Origin: Chloroflexota bacterium
Lineage (GTDB): Bacteria > Chloroflexota > UBA11872
DNA: 59,966 nt
Assembly: GCA_034423235.1 (NCBI GenBank)
Contig: DAOUIX010000186.1
Span: 1 to 59,966, forward strand
Direction: 5' to 3'
Part shown: positions 1 through 9,538 of the stretch, one piece after another
Numbering within the stretch: the stretch's first letter is position 1
Layout of the letters: the number at the start of each line of letters is the position of its first letter
Translations under genes and position numbers: made by a program
Notes under the pieces: generated by a model
Databases searched by the model: none
Told to the model about the DNA's origin: nothing
Seen by the model: the letters and a program-made list of their open reading frames with translations, nothing else

Positions 1-743
1 GCAATGAAGCTGATGCGCGCCGCGGGCGACGTGCTCACCCGAACTTCATCGTCGTCGACCTGAAGGTCAATGATCTCCGGTCCCATTGTTGAGTAGAAAA
101 GCCCGCGCCGCATGGCGTCGACCAGCCCTGTTGGCGTGAAGTCCTCGGTCCGGACCATGACCCAACCACGGCCCTCGGCGCCGTGCTTCCAATGCACGTC
201 GTCCGTCGCGAAGCCCCACGTCAAGCCGGCCTGGAGCAGGTATTCGTCCCAGGTAACGCCCGAGAAACCCTTGGCGCGCGTCACGTCCGTAACAGAGTTG
301 AAGACCTCCATCCCGACGAAGCCGTCAATCTCCAGCATGTCGTGGGCGGACTGGCCCAGCCAGTACGGATGCGCCATCACGGCAATGCCGCCGCCCGCGT
401 TCACCAGGTCGATGGCCTCTTGCGGACCCCACGACTCGCTGGAGCGCTCGAAGCCGCTCACGCCCGTGGCCAGGATGTGATAGCGCTCGCCGGTGTATGG
501 ATCCGGGCCGTGCATCTCGATGCCGGGAATCGTCACGAACCCCGGCTGGGCGTAGGCCGTCGTATCGGAGACGACGTGGTGATCCGACAGCGCCATGAAG
601 TCGTAGCCGGCGTCGCGGTACCAGGCCACGGCGTCTGCTGGCGACTTCGCCCCGTCGGAGTTGGTCGAGTGGGCGTGCAAATTGCCGCGGTACCAGCGGC
701 CCTGAGTCAGAAACGGGTTGCCATTGCTTGCATTCGCGGTCAT
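1..743 (-). CDS. PHP-domain metallohydrolase (CehA/McbA-like), 3'-truncated by window edge
   Basis: Not in ORF track. Manual translation from ATG 743 (RBS GAGGA): MTANASNGNPFLTQGRWYRGNLHAHSTNSDG...YDFMALSDH...AHPYW...EVFN...FATDDVH; PHP HxH and DxH motifs. Confidence 0.85.
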   Translation of the reverse strand, partial: MTANASNGNPFLTQGRWYRGNLHAHSTNSDGAKSPADAVAWYRDAGYDFMALSDHHVVSDTTAYAQPGFVTIPGIEMHGPDPYTGERYHILATGVSGFERSSESWGPQEAIDLVNAGGGIAVMAHPYWLGQSAHDMLEIDGFVGMEVFNSVTDVTRAKGFSGVTWDEYLLQAGLTWGFATDDVHWKHGAEGRGWVMVRTEDFTPTGLVDAMRRGLFYSTMGPEIIDLQVDDDEVRVSTSPAARISFI

Positions 744-931
744 CTCCGACTCCTCATCGCACGGCGGCTCAGGCTCTATGAGGGCATTATCGGTTCTACA
801 CCGGAGCAACGGCTACAGCCGGCACGCGAAGTTAATCAGCCGGACATCCCGAAGCGGCCAGCGTTAAGGCCTCGGGGGCGGGGCCGACTATGATCAGCAC
901 TTCACGCGGCACCGCCGGGAGGAAGCACGAA

Positions 932-1618
932 ATGCCGACGAATGGTCGACACGTGTCGGTCTGCATCCCGGCCAAGGACGAAGCCGAGACGATCGAGGAG
1001 ATCATCACGCGCTGCCGGCCGCACGCGGACGACCTCTTCGTAGTGGACGGTCACTCCGGCGACGCCACGCGAGACATCGCGGCGGCGCTGGAGGTTCCGG
1101 TCTATCTGGACGCGGGACGAGGCAAGGGCTGCGCGGTGCGGGAAGCAATTGCTCGGGCAGAGGGTGACATCCTGGTTACCATCGACGCCGACATGTCGTT
1201 CGACCCCGACGACATTCCGGCGCTGGTCGCGCCGGTCGCGAATGGCGAGGCCGACTACGCCACCGGATCGAGGATGCGCGGCGGCAGCGACGAGCTGCAC
1301 GGGGACTTTGACAAGTTCCTGCGCATGATGGGTCAGGACATCATCACGCTGGGGATCAACTACCGTTTCGGGGTCCGACTGACCGACTCGCAGAGCGGCT
1401 TTCGCGCCTTCGACTTGGCGGCCGCCAGGTCAATCACGCTCCAGGAAGACATCACGACCACCGAGCAGGAAATGATCATCAAGTTCCTGCGCAAGGGATA
1501 CCGCGTCGCCGAGGTCCCCACGCACGAATACGCCAGCCGGCGCGATCGCTCGCACATCTCCCTGCGGCGGCATGGGGCGCGCTACGTATACAGCTGGCTG
1601 CGCTACATGTTCTTCTAG
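932..1618 (+). CDS. Glycosyltransferase family 2 (DPM1/polyprenol-phosphate glycosyltransferase-like)
   Basis: VSVCIPAKDE, VVDGHSGDAT, GKGCAV, TIDADMS (DxD), DSQSGFRAF; start could be 890. Confidence 0.88.
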   Translation: MPTNGRHVSVCIPAKDEAETIEEIITRCRPHADDLFVVDGHSGDATRDIAAALEVPVYLDAGRGKGCAVREAIARAEGDILVTIDADMSFDPDDIPALVAPVANGEADYATGSRMRGGSDELHGDFDKFLRMMGQDIITLGINYRFGVRLTDSQSGFRAFDLAAARSITLQEDITTTEQEMIIKFLRKGYRVAEVPTHEYASRRDRSHISLRRHGARYVYSWLRYMFF

Positions 1619-1664
1619 GCGCGAGACTCCGTCGGCCTCGGCTGCAAGGCAGGTTGGGGTGCTA

Positions 1665-3503
1665 TCAGCCCCACATGCGGCGTGGCGGGCCTTGCGGCAT
1701 GGCCTGGCTGACCTCGACCTGGTCTTTGCCAGGGAAACCGGTGGTGTAGAGCTTGTAATACAGATCGCGCTGGGCCAGCAGGTCGGCGTGGGCCCCGCGC
1801 TCGACGACTTCGCCGTCCTGGAATACCAGGATCAGGTCCGCGCCGCGCACCGTGGCCAGACGATGGGCGATGACAAACGATGTACGTCCACGCATCAAGT
1901 GCTCCAGGCCATCCTGGATCGTGCGCTCGGTACGGGCATCCACGCTGGACGTCGCTTCGTCCAGGATCAGAATGCGTGGATCGGCCAGCAGAGCGCGGGC
2001 GAAGCAGATGAGTTGCCGCTGACCGACTGACAACCGGGCACCGCGCTCACGCACGTCGGTCTGGTAGCCGTTCGGCAGTTCCTGGATGAAGTCGTGCGCG
2101 CCCACGGCCTTCGCAGCCTCGATCACGTCCTGCTCGGACGCCTCCGGCCGCCCGAACACGATGTTCTCGTAGATGCTGGCCGAGAACAGGAAGCTGTCCT
2201 GAGGGACGATGCCGAGCTGGCTGCGCAGGGAGTGCTGCGTGACCGAACGGATGGGATGGCCGTCGATGCGGACCTCGCCGACATCGGCGTCGTAGAAGCG
2301 GGCCAGCAGATTGATCGTGGTCGTCTTGCCGGCCCCGGTTGGGCCCACCAGGGCCACGCGCTGGCCGGGTTCGGCAACGAACGAGACATCGCGCAGGACG
2401 TCGGTTCCGTCATAGGCGAAAGTCACGTTGTCGAACTCGACGCGGCCGTCAATGCGCGGCATGTCCACCGCCGTGGGCGAGTCGCTGATCTCCTCCGGCT
2501 CGTCCAGCAGTTCAAAGATCTTCTCGCCGGCAGCCATCGTGGACTGCAACTGGTTGTAGAAGCGCGTGAGCTGCTGGATGGGCTGGAAGAAGCGCGCCAC
2601 CAGCGCAATGAATGCCACCAGCACCCCGACTTTCGTTTCACCGCCGACGACCAGCGAGCCGCCAACCACGACGACCAACGCCGTGGCAATGGCGGAGATC
2701 GTGTCGATGACTGGGATGAACCCGGACACGATCGCTCCTGCCCGCACGCTGGCGGCTACGTTGGCCTGGTTGGTGGCCTCAAATCGCGAGGCATTCGTTC
2801 GCTCGCGGCCGAACGACTGGGTGACGCGGACCCCGTCGATGCTCTCCTGCAGGTTGGCGTACACATCACCCACCGTGCTTCGAACGTCGCGGAACGCGTT
2901 GCGGGCCTTGGCGCTGAAGAACCGGCTCGCGGCCCACATGACCGGCAGCATGATCAGCGTGACCAGCGCCAGCTTGGCGTCAAGCAAGAACATCATGATC
3001 ACGATGATGAGCAGGATGAAGACATCGGTGACCAGCGAAACGACACCCATCGTCACGAACTCGCTGATTACGTCTACGTCGTTGGTCACGCGGGACATCA
3101 CGGCGCCCAGCGGGTGACGGGTGAAGTACGACAGCGACAGCCGGTTGAGCTTGGCGAACAAGTCGTTGCGCAGCCGCAACAGGCTCGCCTGCCCGATCGT
3201 GGCCGAGATTCGGACCTGGAAGTAGGTGCCCGCCCACATCACAAATAACGTGAGCAAGTAGACCGCACCTACGGTGCTCAGCGTGTCAAAGTCGCGGTTC
3301 GCGATTCCCTCATCAATCCCGATCTTCAGCAGCAGTGGTCCGGCAACATTGGCGCCGGACCCGATGGAGACCATGACAATGGCCAGCGCGATCATTCGCT
3401 TGTGTGGGCGCAGGTAAGCCAGCAGTCGGCGGGTAACCTGCGGGTTATAGGCGGCCGCGTCGCCCTCAAAGCGGCCCATGGACATTCGGCCGCCACCCAT
3501 CAT
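1665..3503 (-). CDS. Heterodimeric ABC exporter subunit (TMD+NBD, TM288/TmrA-like)
   Basis: Walker A GPTGAGKT, degenerate signature LSVGQ, Walker B ILILDE, H-loop IAHR; ATG 3503 overlaps upstream TGA (ATGA). Confidence 0.92.
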   Translation of the reverse strand: MMGGGRMSMGRFEGDAAAYNPQVTRRLLAYLRPHKRMIALAIVMVSIGSGANVAGPLLLKIGIDEGIANRDFDTLSTVGAVYLLTLFVMWAGTYFQVRISATIGQASLLRLRNDLFAKLNRLSLSYFTRHPLGAVMSRVTNDVDVISEFVTMGVVSLVTDVFILLIIVIMMFLLDAKLALVTLIMLPVMWAASRFFSAKARNAFRDVRSTVGDVYANLQESIDGVRVTQSFGRERTNASRFEATNQANVAASVRAGAIVSGFIPVIDTISAIATALVVVVGGSLVVGGETKVGVLVAFIALVARFFQPIQQLTRFYNQLQSTMAAGEKIFELLDEPEEISDSPTAVDMPRIDGRVEFDNVTFAYDGTDVLRDVSFVAEPGQRVALVGPTGAGKTTTINLLARFYDADVGEVRIDGHPIRSVTQHSLRSQLGIVPQDSFLFSASIYENIVFGRPEASEQDVIEAAKAVGAHDFIQELPNGYQTDVRERGARLSVGQRQLICFARALLADPRILILDEATSSVDARTERTIQDGLEHLMRGRTSFVIAHRLATVRGADLILVFQDGEVVERGAHADLLAQRDLYYKLYTTGFPGKDQVEVSQAMPQGPPRRMWG

Positions 3504-5299
3504 GACGACGGGCTCCCGACGGCGCTCGGGCTGGCGCCGGCGCTGGCGGCTTCGCGACGCAGGCGCTCGGCCTCCGCTTCCTGGGCCTCCCACATCTCGC
3601 GGTACAGGCCGTCGGTCTCGATCAGGTCCTCGTGGCGTCCACGCTGCTCGATGGCGCCGTGGTCAAGCACGATGATCTCGGCCACGTCACGAACGCTGCG
3701 AATGCGCTGGCTGATGATCAGCGTGGTTCGTCCTTGCTGGGCGGTACGCAGCGCATCCTGGATGGCGCGTTCCGTCCAGGTGTCAACGCTGGAGGTCGAC
3801 TCATCCAGGATCAGGATGCGCGGATCCAACACCAGCGCGCGGGCGATCGCCACCCGCTGCTTCTGACCACCGGACAGGGTCACGCCACGCTCGCCGACCA
3901 CGGTCTCATAGCCGTTGGGCAGCGTCTCAATGAAGCCATGAATCTGAGCCAGCCGGGCTGCCGTCACGACTTGCTCGCGGGTCGCATCGGGCCGGCCGTA
4001 GGCAATGTTGGCGCGAACGGTGTCGGCAAATACGAATGGCTCTTGATGGACGATGCCGATCTGCGCGCGCAGCGAGTCAATGGTCAAGTCGCGCACGTCA
4101 ATGCCGTCCACCAACACCCGTCCGTCGTTGGCATCGTAGAAGCGCGGTAACAGGTTGATAATCGAACTCTTGCCCGAGCCCGTGCCGCCGACGATGCCGA
4201 GCGCCTGACCGGGAGCAATCTCGAAACTGATATCGCTGAGCACCGAATGGTGCTCATGCTGAAAGCCAACGCGCTCGAACGTTACGCGGCCCTCGGCCTT
4301 CGTGAGCGCCTCGGCATGGGGCGATTCCAGCACGTCGGACCGCTCGTCGAGGATGTCGAAGATGCGTTCCCCGGAGGCGACGGCACGAGCAAAACTGTTA
4401 ATGGTCATGCCCAACATGCGGACGGGCATCATCAGCAGCAGCAAGTAGGTGTTGAACGCCACCAGCGTTCCCAGGCTGAAGTTGGGGTCATCGATCACCT
4501 TCCAGCCGCCAAACCAGAGCACCGCCACCTGCCCGGCGCCGAGGATGGCGTTGAAGAGCGGCGCGCGCATGGCGAACATGCGCATCACGGTGACGGTGCG
4601 GTCATCGAGCATGGCGTTGACCGGCGCAAAGCGGCGAGCTTCGGCATCTTCCTGGGCAAACGCGCGCACCACGCGCGCGCCGGCCAGGTTCTCCTGCACC
4701 ACCACATTCACGTCCGCCCAGGCTTCCTGCACCATCTGAAACAGCGGACGGATGCGCTTGGCAAACGATAGGGCGATGCCGACCAGCAGCGGAACGATCA
4801 GGAGCGACAGCAGAGCCAGTTGCCAGTCGATCACAAACAGGATTACCGCCACGCCGCCGGTGACCAGCAAGATCTGCACGATCTGGAAGATGCCCATCGA
4901 CGCGAAGCGGCGAACGCGTTCGACATCGCTGGTCGTACGCGACATCAGTTCGCCCGTGCGGGTCTCGTCGTGGAATCGGAACGAGAGGCTCTGGATGTGC
5001 ATATAGAGCTGATTGCGAATGGCGAAAACCACCCGCTGACTCAGGACCTCGGCCATGAATTGGCGGCCAAACTGCGATAGGCCCTTGAAGGCCGTGAAGG
5101 CGACCACCAGACCTGCAGTGATGTAAAGAACCGACTGAGCGCCTTCCTCAAGACCTCCGTCGATGGCCTGCCGCAAAAACATCGGTATCGCCAGGTCGGC
5201 GACCGTGCCCACCAGCGTGACCGCCAGAGTCCCCAGGCTCAGCCGCCAATGCGGCAGGGCATAGCGAATCAAGCGGGTCAGGATCGTCGTGCTACGCAT
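3500..5299 (-). CDS. Heterodimeric ABC exporter subunit (TM287/TmrB-like)
   Basis: Walker A GGTGSGKS, LSGGQ, ILILDE, H-loop His replaced by Gln (IISQR); start ATG 5299 overlaps MarR end. Confidence 0.92.
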   Translation of the reverse strand: MRSTTILTRLIRYALPHWRLSLGTLAVTLVGTVADLAIPMFLRQAIDGGLEEGAQSVLYITAGLVVAFTAFKGLSQFGRQFMAEVLSQRVVFAIRNQLYMHIQSLSFRFHDETRTGELMSRTTSDVERVRRFASMGIFQIVQILLVTGGVAVILFVIDWQLALLSLLIVPLLVGIALSFAKRIRPLFQMVQEAWADVNVVVQENLAGARVVRAFAQEDAEARRFAPVNAMLDDRTVTVMRMFAMRAPLFNAILGAGQVAVLWFGGWKVIDDPNFSLGTLVAFNTYLLLLMMPVRMLGMTINSFARAVASGERIFDILDERSDVLESPHAEALTKAEGRVTFERVGFQHEHHSVLSDISFEIAPGQALGIVGGTGSGKSSIINLLPRFYDANDGRVLVDGIDVRDLTIDSLRAQIGIVHQEPFVFADTVRANIAYGRPDATREQVVTAARLAQIHGFIETLPNGYETVVGERGVTLSGGQKQRVAIARALVLDPRILILDESTSSVDTWTERAIQDALRTAQQGRTTLIISQRIRSVRDVAEIIVLDHGAIEQRGRHEDLIETDGLYREMWEAQEAEAERLRREAASAGASPSAVGSPSS

Positions 5300-5744
5300 G
5301 CGTAGCCCTTCGTCGAGACCCGAAGTAGCCGGCTTCACGCTTGGCGCTGATGGCGCCGTTCAGCCGGCCGAGGGCTTGCGCAATGTCCGCAAGCTCGGAC
5401 TCGCCGAGTTCATCGAGCGCACCCTCCAGATACTCCACGAAGGCGGCTTCATAGGCCGCCAGGCTCTCAAGCCCGGGAGTCGTGGGTTCGATCAGGAGAT
5501 GGCGACGATCATCGGGATCCTCGGTGCGCGTGGCCAGGCCGGCCACGACCAGACGGTCCACTGTCTGCGACATGGTCTGGCTGCTGAGTAGCTGCCACTC
5601 GGCCAACTGCTTCATCCGTCGCGGACTTCGCCGACGCAGGGCGCGCAGTGTCCGGTATTCCGGTCCGCTGAGCCCCAGGCTGGCTTCGCGGGCCTTGGCG
5701 AAGCGGCGAGCAATGCGCGTAAGGCGCGGACCCAGCACGGCCAA
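5292..5744 (-). CDS. MarR-family transcriptional regulator
   Basis: wHTH pattern LSSQTMSQTVDRLVVAGLATRTEDPDDRR; the frame stays open to ~5786, so the start may be further upstream. Confidence 0.85.
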   Translation of the reverse strand: MAVLGPRLTRIARRFAKAREASLGLSGPEYRTLRALRRRSPRRMKQLAEWQLLSSQTMSQTVDRLVVAGLATRTEDPDDRRHLLIEPTTPGLESLAAYEAAFVEYLEGALDELGESELADIAQALGRLNGAISAKREAGYFGSRRRATHA

Positions 5745-5810
5745 TTCAACCGCAGCTTCCGCGCTTGCGTCTCTCGTAATTGTCAGTCTCTCAGATCATC
5801 CGCTTACCGA

Positions 5811-5839
5811 ATCATACGTGTTACTTACGAATTTCGCAA
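5811..5839 (-). promoter_or_regulatory. sigma70-type promoter for marR-ABC-ABC operon
   Basis: Minus strand TTGCGA-17 nt-TATGAT. Confidence 0.65.
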
Positions 5840-5894
5840 CCGTTTCGGCGCTGGCCGGGATCGAAGCCAGAGCGGACCTGCGCTGAACGGTGGC

Positions 5895-6383
5895 TTAGGC
5901 GTTGTCAATGATTGCCAGGAGGTTGGCCGAGTCCGGCCAGTCGCGCTGGTGGGCGCCCACGCTGATAAAGCGAATCCGGCCCGTGGGATCGGCCAGAAAC
6001 ACGCTTGGACGGGCAATGTTCCAAGACTCGAAGTTGAGGCGGACGTAGACACCGTAGCGGCGGATGGCGGCGCGATCGGGATCGGCCAGCAGCGGGAACG
6101 GGAGCGACAGGCCCTTGGCAAAGCGACGCACGCCTTCCGGCGCCTGACCATACACGCCAGCGATCCGGACGTTGCGCCTTTCCCATTCCTCCAGCTCGCC
6201 CGCGAGCTGCGCCAGATAGCTCCGGCAGTTGGGTCACCAGGTATGGCGAAGGAAGATCAGCAGTTGCCACTGGCGGCGGGCCGGAATCTCGCAGAGCTGT
6301 TCGGGAGCCGAAGCCAGCGGCAGGGTGAAGCGGGGCGCGGGGTCCCCGAGCCCGAGCGTTTCCGAGCCCTCGGCACGCGGCAA
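5895..6383 (-). CDS. Selenoprotein, AhpC/TSA (peroxiredoxin-like, thioredoxin fold) with UxxC motif
   Basis: TTG 6383 LPRAEGSETLGLGDPAPRFTLP...LLIFLRHTW-TGA(6236-6234)-PNCRSYLAQL continues in frame into track ORF 5895..6155 (FPLLADPDR...ARPSVFLAD); selB in the same window. Confidence 0.82.
6192..6226 (-). promoter_or_regulatory. Candidate bacterial SECIS hairpin(s) just 3' of UGA
   Basis: GCCGGA-GCUA-UCUGGC (6226-6211) and CAGCUCG-CGGG-CGAGCUG (6209-6192). Confidence 0.5.
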
Positions 6384-6460
6384 GGTTTAGCTTTCTGGAT
6401 ATCTGGGACGGTGACGCAAACCTGAGTATCGCAATGCCGCGGGCCCGCGACTGCCGGGAC

Positions 6461-7270
6461 TCAGGCGACGATGTCGCGACGCCGGAAGATGGCGAGCGAG
6501 AGAACCGCCGTAACGAGCGCGGTGGCGCCCAGCACCAGGGTGTCGCGCCAGATGAAGTCACCGGGCCCCAGTTGGTCCACTGGATTCCAGTAGCCAAAAA
6601 TGCTGATTTTTTCCAGCCACTCCAGGTTGGACGCGATGTCCGCCACGATCAGCAGCACGAACATGATCACGATGATGCCGGCCGCCAGCCCATAGGTTCG
6701 GCCGGGTTGCAGGATCAGGGTGGCCAGCAGTAGCCCGCCGCCGGCGATGGCCAGCGTAAAGACGAGCATCTGCAGGTGGACCAGCAGCAGCTCGAGCGCG
6801 CCCAACTCAACCTCGGCGGCCCAGATTGCCGCGCCGATCATGATGGAAACGTATGACGCGGCAATCACCACGGTGGTGAGTATCAGCAACGCCGCGAGCC
6901 GCGACAGCAGGAAGCGCGTACGGCTGATCGGCGCCGCCAGCAGCACGTCCAGCGTGCCGGATCCAAAGTCGCGCGTGATCAGTCCGGCCCCGAACCAGAC
7001 GCCGAAGTAGGCCAGCACGAGCATCAGCGTGCTGGTGTACTGCGAACTGAAGTAGCTGTAGAACGTGTTCTGTTGGGCCGTCGCCCCCGCGACCTGGGTG
7101 CCGCCAAAGACCTCGCTGCCGCCCATGGCCTGGGTGAGGTCGTCCCAGTTTTCGGCGAACAGCGGCCACAGGCCCATGATCAAGAGGCCCAGCGCGAAGA
7201 TCCCGAAGTCGAACCAGAAGGTGGCCAGCCGCCGGGTTCGCAGAGTCACGCGGATGATGCTGAGGTTCAT
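6461..7270 (-). CDS. ABC-2 type transporter permease
   Basis: About 6 TM segments, DFGSGTLDVLLAAPISRTRFLLSR, C-terminal FRRRDI; overlaps ATPase stop. Confidence 0.85.
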   Translation of the reverse strand: MNLSIIRVTLRTRRLATFWFDFGIFALGLLIMGLWPLFAENWDDLTQAMGGSEVFGGTQVAGATAQQNTFYSYFSSQYTSTLMLVLAYFGVWFGAGLITRDFGSGTLDVLLAAPISRTRFLLSRLAALLILTTVVIAASYVSIMIGAAIWAAEVELGALELLLVHLQMLVFTLAIAGGGLLLATLILQPGRTYGLAAGIIVIMFVLLIVADIASNLEWLEKISIFGYWNPVDQLGPGDFIWRDTLVLGATALVTAVLSLAIFRRRDIVA

Positions 7271-8157
7271 GCGCCACCCTCGCTCTCGTAGTGTTGCAAG
7301 AATGACTCCTCGAAGCTGGGTTCGTCGGTCTCCAGGTCGACCACGGTGTACCGCGCCAGCGCCTTGATCACCGGATCGATCGAGCCGCTGACCTCGAAGC
7401 GCGCCGTGCCGTCCTCGATGCTGATGTCGCTGACCCCCGGGATGACCAGATCGGCAGGCGCCTCGCCGTCAAAGGTGACGGTGACCCGCCGCACGCGCGC
7501 GACGCTGAGGTCGGCCACGGTGTCCACTTGCACCAGCCGCCCCAGGCGCAGGATGCCGACGCGGTCGCAGAGAGCTTCGGCCTCGGACAGCACATGGGTA
7601 GAGAGCAGCACGGTGCGCCCCTCGTCGCGCAGCTCGCTGATGATCTTGCCGAACTCCTGCTGCACCAGCGGGTCGAGACCGCGGGTTGGCTCGTCGACGA
7701 TGTATACGGGCACGTCTTCCTGCAACGCGCGCACGACAACCACCTTCTGGCGATTGCCCATGGAGAGGTCGCCGATCTTCCGGGAAGTGTCCAGTTCCAG
7801 CCGTTCGGTCAACTCATCGCGCCGCTTCCGCGGTGCGTTCGTCAGATTGCCGAAGGCATCCAGATACTGGCCTACTTTCATGAAGGTGTAGAGGCTGCTG
7901 TCGCTGGGCAGGAAGCTCATTGAGTTGCGGGCGGTGGGGCCGTCGCGGTGGACGTCAAGTCCCAGCACCTCGGCCCGCCCGCGCGTGGGGCGCATCAACC
8001 CCATGAGCAATCGGATCGTGGTGGTCTTGCCGGCGCCGTTGGGTCCGAGGTAACCGAAGATCTCGCCCGGACGGACTTTCAGGTTGAGGTCGGAGAGGGC
8101 CTCTACGTCGCCGTAGTGCTTGGTCAGGCCCCATGTCTGGATGGCGATGTCGCTCAT
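7267..8157 (-). CDS. ABC-2 transporter ATP-binding protein
   Basis: MSDIAIQTWGLTKHYG, GPNGAGKTT, LSMGNRQK, IVDEPTRGLDP, STHVLSE. Confidence 0.92.
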   Translation of the reverse strand: MSDIAIQTWGLTKHYGDVEALSDLNLKVRPGEIFGYLGPNGAGKTTTIRLLMGLMRPTRGRAEVLGLDVHRDGPTARNSMSFLPSDSSLYTFMKVGQYLDAFGNLTNAPRKRRDELTERLELDTSRKIGDLSMGNRQKVVVVRALQEDVPVYIVDEPTRGLDPLVQQEFGKIISELRDEGRTVLLSTHVLSEAEALCDRVGILRLGRLVQVDTVADLSVARVRRVTVTFDGEAPADLVIPGVSDISIEDGTARFEVSGSIDPVIKALARYTVVDLETDEPSFEESFLQHYESEGGA

Positions 8158-8353
8158 GGCGGCCCGGAAACCTCCGCTCGCGCCCTCGGGCGGCTGTCCG
8201 GTGGGTTCTCTTGGTCTGGGCACCTCACTGTAGCAATTCGGCTTGTTCCCGCTATGTGGCAAACACTACGGCGGGAGACCGGCGGGCGGGGCGTCCTTGT
8301 GCATTCGAGCGGTCGCCGAGGCGCGCGCCGCCGACGGCCGCCTAGACTGCGCG

Positions 8354-8986
8354 ATGCGGCTGGATCTGTTTCCGCTCAATACCGTTCTGTTCCCCGGCAT
8401 GCGGCTGCCGTTGCACATCTTCGAGCCGCGCTACCGGGCGATGCTGGGGCGCTGCATTGAGACGGAAGGCGTCTTTGGCGTGGTGCTAATCGCCGAGGGC
8501 GAGGAGGTGGGCCCTGCCGCCATCCCGTACAAGATCGGTACGACCGCGCGTGTCGAGAAGGTCGAGTATTTGCCGGACGGCCGCTTCAACCTGCTGGCGC
8601 TGGGCGAGACGCGCTTCCGCATTGAGCGCATTGTGGCCGAGGAACCGCACGTGGTGGGCGACGTGGACTTGGCGCCCCTGCGAACCGACACCGCCGAGTC
8701 AACCCTGCAGCGCGCGGAGGACGTCCGCGCGCAGTTTGATCGCCTGGTGACGCTGATGATCGAGATCCAGGCTGGCTATATGCCGGAGTTCGAATTGCCG
8801 ACGGATCCATTGCAACTGGCCTATCTCATCGCCGCCGGCGTACCCACCGGCCCCGGCAGCGCCCAGCGACTGTTGGAAGCGGATTCACTTGCCGACCTGC
8901 TGGCCCTTGAGGGCGAACTGCTGGACCTGCGGATAGAACAGGCGCTGCACCGGCTGCAGGAGAAACTAGACGCGCGCAGGAACTAG
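8354..8986 (+). CDS. LON peptidase substrate-binding domain protein (no protease domain)
   Basis: LFPLNTVLFPGMRLPLHIFEPRYRAML...GVVLI. Confidence 0.88.
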   Translation: MRLDLFPLNTVLFPGMRLPLHIFEPRYRAMLGRCIETEGVFGVVLIAEGEEVGPAAIPYKIGTTARVEKVEYLPDGRFNLLALGETRFRIERIVAEEPHVVGDVDLAPLRTDTAESTLQRAEDVRAQFDRLVTLMIEIQAGYMPEFELPTDPLQLAYLIAAGVPTGPGSAQRLLEADSLADLLALEGELLDLRIEQALHRLQEKLDARRN

Positions 8987-9136
8987 GCGGCAGCGCTCTC
9001 GGGAGTCCCACATGCGGCTCGGGCCGGTTCCCCCGCTTGGCCGACGGTTCGGGCCGTGATGCAGGGCAACGACCTTGAGATTGCCGGTTCTGTAGACTCG
9101 CTGCGGTCAACGTGGACGCACGCTCAAAGTTGAGGT

Positions 9137-9448
9137 GTGACGATGGACGACTATCCGGTTGATATTTCGGTTGAATATCCCGAGCGAAGCTCGCGCCTGC
9201 TGGCGCTGGCAGGGTTGCTCTCCTTGATCAAGCTGCTGCTGCTCCTTCCGCACATTGTGGTGCTTTCGATCCTGGGGGTCGTCGCAAGCATCGCGGCCTT
9301 GGTTGGCTGGATCGCAGTCCTGATCGTTGGCTACTACCCGCGCGGGCTCTTCGACTTCCAGGTCGGGCTCCTTCGCTGGAACCTGCGGGTGAACGCGTAC
9401 TTCCTGAGTGTGACCGACCGCTACCCGCCGTTTCGCCTCCACGACTAG
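9137..9448 (+). CDS. DUF4389-like membrane protein
   Basis: LLLLPHIVVL...GYYPRGLFDFQVGLLRWNLRVNAY...TDRYPPFRL. Confidence 0.8.
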   Translation: MTMDDYPVDISVEYPERSSRLLALAGLLSLIKLLLLLPHIVVLSILGVVASIAALVGWIAVLIVGYYPRGLFDFQVGLLRWNLRVNAYFLSVTDRYPPFRLHD

Positions 9449-9538
9449 CCCACCCAGCAACGGTGGTTCCGAGTCCCGGCGGGTCGGCGCCGGGACCGCG
9501 CCAGGGCCGACCCGATTCCGGTCGTCTAGTCTGCCTGG

